Below, piece after piece: positions 58,340-64,000 of a stretch of DNA of 64,000 bases. The notes beneath the pieces are model-generated. The model had not been told where the DNA came from, did no database searches, and saw nothing but the letters and a program-made list of their open reading frames with translations. Every line of letters starts with the position of its first letter. Position 1 is the stretch's first letter. This DNA comes from Armatimonadota bacterium (lineage in GTDB: Bacteria > Armatimonadota > SYMT01): contig JBKBRF010000001.1 in assembly GCA_046292385.1 (NCBI GenBank), positions 269,608 to 333,607 of the forward strand, written 5' to 3'. The position numbers and the translations under genes were made by a program.

Positions 58340-60676
58340 TTGGAGCACCCGTTGCCGCACCCCCGCACGCTCTCGCTGGATGGAGAGGACTGGACGACGT
58401 ACTGGCTCCTTCCCGGCGAGTGGGAGTCGCGCCGCGTCTGGGAAGCCGAGCCCCCCGAAGCTGCCGGGCGCCGCATCGCCGCGGTTGTGCCGGGGCACGC
58501 TCAAGATGCTCTGCGCCGTGAGCTGCCGGATCCGTACCTCTATCAGAACGCGACCGAGTGGCAGTGGGTCTCCGAGCGGGACTGGATCTTCGAGAAGCGG
58601 CTCGCCGTGCCGGACGACCTGGCGGGATTGCGCTTTCGCCTCCGCTTCGAGGCGATCGACGATTCCGCGCACGTCTTCCTGAACGGGGTTCGCGTCGGCA
58701 GCCACGAGGGCCGGTACACCCCTGCGGAGTGGGACGTCACCGACCGCCTCACCCCTGGCGCCGAGGCGCACCTGCTCGTCGTCGTCCAACTCCGTGACGA
58801 GCGCTTGCTTCCCCCGGGAGTCGACTGGCCCAAGGGATTTATCCCCGTCGGCATCCCGGAGTCGGTGACGGTGGAGGCGACCGGACCCGCGTGGTTCCGG
58901 ACCGCCGCCGCCTACACCAACCTCTCCGAGGAACGCTCCGAGGCCGCCGTAACCGTGGTAACGGAGCTGGCGGCGCTCGAACGCACTGCCGCGGTGATCG
59001 TCGCGGAGATCATGCAAGCAGGGCTGCCGATCGACACGATCGAGGATGCCGTCACCGTCTTCCAGAGCGACACTTCGCTGGTGCAGTCCACGATCCTCCC
59101 GCGGGTGCAGCTCTGGCAGCCGAACGGAAGCGGAAGACCCACGCTCTACCAAGTGCGCCTCTCGCTCTTCGATACCCGGCAGCGGCTGCTCGACCGCCGG
59201 GAGCTGGAGTTCGGCGTGCGGCACGTGGAAGCAGTCCCGTGCGAGGGCTCCCCTCCGGACGCGCCGCTGAGCTGCCTGGTGGTGAACGGCCGCCGGACCT
59301 GGATCCGCGGGTGGAGTTGGGTCCCGCTCGACGTGCTTTCCGGTACCGTCGATCTGGATCGGTACGAGCAGGTGCTCCGGCTGGCGCGAGACGCGAACGT
59401 CAACCTGCTGCGGGTCTGGGGCGGTGGAGGCGTGGAGAAGGAGGTCTTCTACCGCCTCTGCGACCGCTACGGGATCATGGTTTGGCAAGAGCTCCCGCCC
59501 GCCGGCGAAGCGCCCTCCCTCACCGCGCTCCAAGAGCAGACCGAAGCGATCCTGGCGCGGCGGCGGTGGCACGCTTGCCTCGTGGCATGGTCACCTGCCT
59601 CCGGAGACGCGGACTCTGCGGCACTGCAGGAGCTGCGAGAGGCGGTCGCGATGGAGGACCCGCTGCGCCTCTGGATGCCGGCTCCGCCCGATCCGGCTGC
59701 CGCCATAGGTGGGCGCGGGCTTTCGGAGCTGGCGGTGTTCTACGACACCCTCCAGACGCCGCTCCTCGACAGCTTCGGCCATCCGGCCGCGGCAAACCGC
59801 GGCACGTTCCGGTTTTTCGGCGACGAGATCCCCGAGCCGGACCGCTCGGCGGACCCGGTGCGGGAAGCGTTCGGGGCAGTGGCAGAGTTCGAGGACTGGG
59901 TGCGCGCGAGCCAGCTTCTGCAGGCGCTGGAGCTGCAGTGCGCGATCGAGGCCCAGCGGCGCCGGGGCGAGCGCTCGGCGGGGGTGATTCCGTGGCATCT
60001 CGATGAGCCGTGGCCGACCGCATCCGGTACCAGCTCGGTGGACTACCGCGGGATGCCCAAGCCGGCCTTCTCTGCGGTGAAGCGCGCCTACGCGCCGTTC
60101 CACGTGAGCGCGCAGCTCTCCACCTTTCACTGGGACGGCGAGAGCCACTTCCGCGCGGCGGTGTGGCTGCACAACGACGGACCGGAGCGGAGCCTGCTGA
60201 ACGTGGTCGCCACCATCGTCGACCTGAACGGACGCGAGCTGTACCAGGAGAACCTCGCCGCCGAAGCGGCGGAGGACGCCTCCGAGCAGGTCGACGACAT
60301 CTCCTGGCGCTTCCCCGCCGGCTTCGCGAGCCCGTTCCTCCTTTTGCTGGAGGTGATCGACGAGGAGGGGGAGACGATCGCCCGCAACGCGTATCCGCAC
60401 TCCCGCGCGGGGGATGAGCCGTTCGCCGGGTTCCTGCACGCGCCGAGCACCAGCCTGGAAGCGGAGTGGCGTGAGGACGGGCTCTGCGTCAAGAACCGCG
60501 GGACCGCGCCCGCGCTCTGGGTGGAGATCCGGAACGGCCGAGAGCCGGTGGAGGATAGTCACTTTCCGCTGGGTGCCGGGGCTGAGCGGACGCTGCAAGT
60601 AACGCCCGGCCGCAAGACGGTCGCCGTCTACGCCTGGAACGGAGAGAGCGTGAGCGTCGCGCCCCGAGGCGCCTGA
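58340..60676 (+). CDS. GH2 beta-mannosidase-like protein, catalytic residues apparently lost
   Basis: LWQPNGSG.PTLY, FGVRHVE, NLLRVWGGG..E...FY.LCD.YGIMVWQE, EPWP...VDY.G.PK motifs; TTG start after GGAG. Confidence 0.8.
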   Translation: MEHPLPHPRTLSLDGEDWTTYWLLPGEWESRRVWEAEPPEAAGRRIAAVVPGHAQDALRRELPDPYLYQNATEWQWVSERDWIFEKRLAVPDDLAGLRFRLRFEAIDDSAHVFLNGVRVGSHEGRYTPAEWDVTDRLTPGAEAHLLVVVQLRDERLLPPGVDWPKGFIPVGIPESVTVEATGPAWFRTAAAYTNLSEERSEAAVTVVTELAALERTAAVIVAEIMQAGLPIDTIEDAVTVFQSDTSLVQSTILPRVQLWQPNGSGRPTLYQVRLSLFDTRQRLLDRRELEFGVRHVEAVPCEGSPPDAPLSCLVVNGRRTWIRGWSWVPLDVLSGTVDLDRYEQVLRLARDANVNLLRVWGGGGVEKEVFYRLCDRYGIMVWQELPPAGEAPSLTALQEQTEAILARRRWHACLVAWSPASGDADSAALQELREAVAMEDPLRLWMPAPPDPAAAIGGRGLSELAVFYDTLQTPLLDSFGHPAAANRGTFRFFGDEIPEPDRSADPVREAFGAVAEFEDWVRASQLLQALELQCAIEAQRRRGERSAGVIPWHLDEPWPTASGTSSVDYRGMPKPAFSAVKRAYAPFHVSAQLSTFHWDGESHFRAAVWLHNDGPERSLLNVVATIVDLNGRELYQENLAAEAAEDASEQVDDISWRFPAGFASPFLLLLEVIDEEGETIARNAYPHSRAGDEPFAGFLHAPSTSLEAEWREDGLCVKNRGTAPALWVEIRNGREPVEDSHFPLGAGAERTLQVTPGRKTVAVYAWNGESVSVAPRGA

Positions 60677-60702
60677 CTCAGGAAAGCAAGGTAGGGAGCG
60701 AG

Positions 60703-61293
60703 ATGGAAGATCCGAGGGCGCACCTGGTGCGCGTCTGCAAGCTGGCGTACGACCGCAAGATCCTCGACAGCGCCGGGGGGAACGTCACCACGCGAATCGG
60801 CGGCGACATCTACATGACGCGCAGCTACGCGGGCGGTAAGCACCAGTGGGACCTGCGCCCGGGGGACATCCTGCGGCTGAACCTGGAGGGCGACGTCCTG
60901 GACGGCGAGGGCGAGTTCTCCCGCGAGGGAGCGGTCCACATGGCGTGCTACCGGGAGTTCCCGGAAGCCGGCTGCGTCTTCCACGCCCACTCGCTCAACC
61001 TGATGGTCTTCGTGGCCAACCAGGTTCCGATGCCGCCGATGAGCGAGCAGACCGACAAGTACGGCACCATCGGCTTCTGCGAGTGGGCCGCCACCCACAC
61101 GCCGGAGCTGGCGGTGAACGTGGTCGCCGCCCTCCGCCCCCAGGCGCACCTGATCCCGAAGCAGCCGATCGCCACCTTCATCCCGCGGCACGGGATCTTC
61201 GTGGTCGGTAAGGACCTGAACGCCACGTACGACGCGCTGGAGCGGCTGGAGCGGAACGCCTACATCGCGCTGATGTCCCGCCTGCTCCGATGA
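60703..61293 (+). CDS. Class II aldolase/adducin family protein
   Basis: GGNV, SRE..VH, HAHS, RHG zinc ligands. Confidence 0.88.
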   Translation: MEDPRAHLVRVCKLAYDRKILDSAGGNVTTRIGGDIYMTRSYAGGKHQWDLRPGDILRLNLEGDVLDGEGEFSREGAVHMACYREFPEAGCVFHAHSLNLMVFVANQVPMPPMSEQTDKYGTIGFCEWAATHTPELAVNVVAALRPQAHLIPKQPIATFIPRHGIFVVGKDLNATYDALERLERNAYIALMSRLLR

Positions 61294-62219
61294 TCCTCAC
61301 CGTCACGCCGAACACCGGCCTCGACCGCGTCCTCTTCCTCCCGCGCCTGGAGCCGAACCGCCGCAACCAGGCGGTCGACGTGGTGGAGGCAATGGGCGGC
61401 AAGGGGTGCGACGTCTCTCTGATCCTGCGCGTCCTGGGAGTGGAGAGCGTGGCGACCGGCCTGGCGGCGGGGGAGACCGGCCGACGCATGGAGCAGATGC
61501 TTCGTCGCGCGGGGGTGACGGCCGACTTCGTCTGGACCGGCGGCGAGACGCGGCTCAATACCGTGCTGATCGAGACGGAGACCGGCGGCCACACCACGGT
61601 CTGCGCGGCCGGGCTGGAGCCGGACGACGACGCCCGCTCCGGACTGCTCGCCTGGCTCGACCGCTGGACGCCCTCCGCCGAGGTGGTGGTGCTGGCGGGA
61701 AGCCTGCCGGAGCGCTGGCCGCCGGAGGTCTACGCGGAGCTGGTCCGGCGGGTGAAGCGCGCCGGCAAGCCGGTGGTGGTCGACGCCTCCGGTCCCTCGC
61801 TTACCGCCGCCGTCGCCGCCGGAGTCGATGCCGTGAAGCCGAACCGGGACGAGCTGGAATCAGTGGCCGGGCCGCTCCGGGACGAGGCGGAGGTGCTGCG
61901 GGCGGCGCGAGGGCTGCGCGAGCGCGGCGCGGGGCGAGTTCTGGTTTCACTTGGCGCGGAGGGGGCTATCTTGGTGAGCGAGCGAGGCGCGTGGAAGGCC
62001 TCGCCGCTGCGCGTTCCGGTGGTCAACCCGGCCGGCGCGGGAGACGGCGCCACCGCCTGCCTGGCCCTGGGCGCGGCCCGGGGCTGGGACGAGCCGGAGA
62101 CGCTGCGGTGGGCGACCGCCGTCTCCGCCGCGATCGTCACCACCCGCGGGACCGCCGAGGTCTACCGGCACGACGTGGAGCGGCTGCTCCCGCAGGTGCA
62201 GGTGGCGCCGCTCGGCTGA
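61290..62219 (+). CDS. 1-phosphofructokinase/tagatose-6-phosphate kinase family (PfkB)
   Basis: MILTVTPN..LD, GGKG, AGSLP, KPNRDEL, GAGD motifs; ATGA overlap. Confidence 0.9.
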   Translation: MILTVTPNTGLDRVLFLPRLEPNRRNQAVDVVEAMGGKGCDVSLILRVLGVESVATGLAAGETGRRMEQMLRRAGVTADFVWTGGETRLNTVLIETETGGHTTVCAAGLEPDDDARSGLLAWLDRWTPSAEVVVLAGSLPERWPPEVYAELVRRVKRAGKPVVVDASGPSLTAAVAAGVDAVKPNRDELESVAGPLRDEAEVLRAARGLRERGAGRVLVSLGAEGAILVSERGAWKASPLRVPVVNPAGAGDGATACLALGAARGWDEPETLRWATAVSAAIVTTRGTAEVYRHDVERLLPQVQVAPLG

Positions 62220-62265
62220 CCCCCACCCCGCCGCGCATTCCGACTTCCCAGCGGAGACCCGATAG

Positions 62266-63255
62266 ATGCCTACCGTGCTCGTCACCGGTGGCGCCGGCTA
62301 CATCGGCAGCCACACCATCCGCCGCCTCTCCGAGGCCGGCTACGAGATCCTCGTTTACGACACCCTGGAAAAGGGCCACGCCGCCGCCGTTGCCAACTAC
62401 CGGCTGGTGGTGGGCGACATCCAGGACGGTCTGAAGCTCGACCGCGTCTTCCGCGAGTTCGACGTGCAGTCGGTGGTCCACTTCGCCGCCTACATCGAGG
62501 CGGGCGAGTCGGTGAAAGACCCCGGCAAGCACTTCCGCAACAACACCTGCGGCACGCTGAGCTTGCTGGAGGCGATGGTCCGCAGCGACGTCCGGCAGCT
62601 CGTCTTCTCCTCCACCGCCGCGGTCTACGGCGAGCCGGAGCGGGTGCCGATCGAGGAGACCGACCGCAAGGAGCCGACCAACGCCTACGGGCTCTCCAAG
62701 CTGATGGTGGAGCAGATGCTCGACTGGTTCCACCGCGCCCACGGTCTCCGCTCGATCAGCCTCCGCTACTTCAACGCCGCTGGCGCCGACCCGAGCGGGG
62801 AGGTGGGGGAGTGTCACCGGCCGGAGACACACCTGATCCCGCTGATCCTGCAGGTTCCGCTGGGCCAGCGGGAGAAGATCCTGATCTTCGGCGACGACTA
62901 CGATACCCCGGACGGCACCTGCATCCGGGACTACATCCACGTGGTCGACCTCGCCTCCGCGCACGTGGCGGCGCTGAAGGCGTTGGACGGCGGCGCGGAG
63001 CGGAACGCCTACAACGTCGGCAACGGGAACGGCTTCTCCGTCAAGCAGGTGATCGAAGTGGCGCGCGAGGTGACCGGCCACCCGATCCCCGCCGAAGTGC
63101 AGCCCCGCCGGCCCGGCGACCCCGCGCGCCTGGTTGCGAGCAGCGAGAAGCTCCGGAGAGAGCTCGGCTGGGAGCCGAAGTACCCGGACCTGCGCGACAT
63201 CGTGGGCAGCGCCTGGAAGTGGTTCCAGTCCCGGCCGGAGGGATACGCGCGGTAG
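62266..63255 (+). CDS. galE: UDP-glucose 4-epimerase
   Basis: TGGAGYIGSH, FSSTAAVYG, YGLSK, LRYFNAAGA, DGTCIRDYIHV motifs. Confidence 0.96.
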   Translation: MPTVLVTGGAGYIGSHTIRRLSEAGYEILVYDTLEKGHAAAVANYRLVVGDIQDGLKLDRVFREFDVQSVVHFAAYIEAGESVKDPGKHFRNNTCGTLSLLEAMVRSDVRQLVFSSTAAVYGEPERVPIEETDRKEPTNAYGLSKLMVEQMLDWFHRAHGLRSISLRYFNAAGADPSGEVGECHRPETHLIPLILQVPLGQREKILIFGDDYDTPDGTCIRDYIHVVDLASAHVAALKALDGGAERNAYNVGNGNGFSVKQVIEVAREVTGHPIPAEVQPRRPGDPARLVASSEKLRRELGWEPKYPDLRDIVGSAWKWFQSRPEGYAR

Positions 63256-63804
63256 GGTAGAGCCGGCCCCGCCGGATCAGCGCCGGTGACGGCCTGGGCC
63301 GGCGTGGGCACGGCTCGGCTCCCGGGGGGCATCCTGACCAACGGGAAGGATCTACGGCACTCTGCTTTCCGGAGTACGGTCAACTCCACGTTCGGGAGTG
63401 CCCCGCGAGGCCGGGTCCCCGCCACCCCTCTACACTGCAAACCCTGAGAATCTTGCCGGGACGCGCAGATTCTGACGGCGGACATCGCGTGCGTGGACCT
63501 CGCGAAGCGGGAGGGTGGGACTTGAGGTGTTTTTGCTTCTCTTGGAAATGCAGCCTCGATCCCGGGAACCGTCCCCGAGCCCTTGTGCCGGGAGGCAGCC
63601 CTCCCGCGACGCAGGCCCTCCGCGGCCCTTTCACACGCCGCTGCGCTCCGTTAGCAGGCCGCTGCGGGAGCTCACGTCGAGAAGCTCTTCCCGCGCCAGG
63701 AAGCGTAACCCGTGTCGGCAGGGGAGCTCACGGGCTGCCTCCCGACCCTTCGAGCTACCACCTTTGGCGAGATTCCGTTGGCGATATCGGGGAGCTGCCC
63801 CGGA

Positions 63805-63923
63805 TGCCCCGCTGGCGCGGGGCGCGAAAGCAAGCATTCGCACTCCACAGGCCGGCCCGGGACAGATTCCCTCACGTCCAAAGGGAGACTGCCTCGGTGC
63901 AGTCTGTGGAGTGCGGTGGCTTG
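63805..63923. repeat. REP-doublet / MITE-like element, copy 2 (inverted relative to 44150-44268)
   Basis: About 93% identical to copy 1 by manual alignment. Confidence 0.85.
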
Positions 63924-64000
63924 TGTCACACGCTGTAAAGTTACGCCGCTGGTGGCGCAGGAAGGTTTTGCCGCATCGCTCGCTTGCGCGAAGGAGGCCG

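Overview
GC-rich bacterial chromosomal segment, mostly core and accessory metabolism. No phage, CRISPR array or intact transposase was seen. The gene mix (PASTA kinase next to rpe, stalk-domain and dockerin proteins, c-di-AMP riboswitch) suggests a Terrabacteria lineage such as Armatimonadota; this is inference only. Contents in order: 3' end of aroB, PASTA Ser/Thr kinase, rpe, ribD-ribE-ribBA-ribH, HtrA, stand-alone RlmK-like methyltransferase, M36 peptidase, orphan ABC components, a PAS/GAF hybrid kinase, tRNA-Gln(CUG) directly upstream of glnS, P450, prolyl oligopeptidase, ispH, TerC, and a sugar cluster ending in galE. Best leads: (1) A selenoprotein hidden from the ORF track. Two apparent ORFs (10607-10879 and 10901-11515) form one deiodinase-like frame, FGSFT-UGA-P, followed by an fdhF-like SECIS hairpin and linked to an SDR gene. 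(2) A tightly coupled three-gene operon of unknown chemistry (ACAD-fold protein lacking the dehydrogenase Glu, PhnD-like protein without signal peptide, TusA-like/diiron ferritin-fold fusion) behind a perfect LysR-type palindrome. (3) A c-di-AMP (ydaO) riboswitch with terminator controlling a small unknown ORF and a STAS anti-anti-sigma factor. (4) SigB/SigF-like promoters before several stress-type genes. (5) An HTH_34 operator shared by the regulator operon and ispH. (6) Probable pseudoenzymes (GH2, possibly the kinase) and several REP-like repeat families. Products were assigned by recognising motifs by eye, not by database search; many start codons are best guesses.
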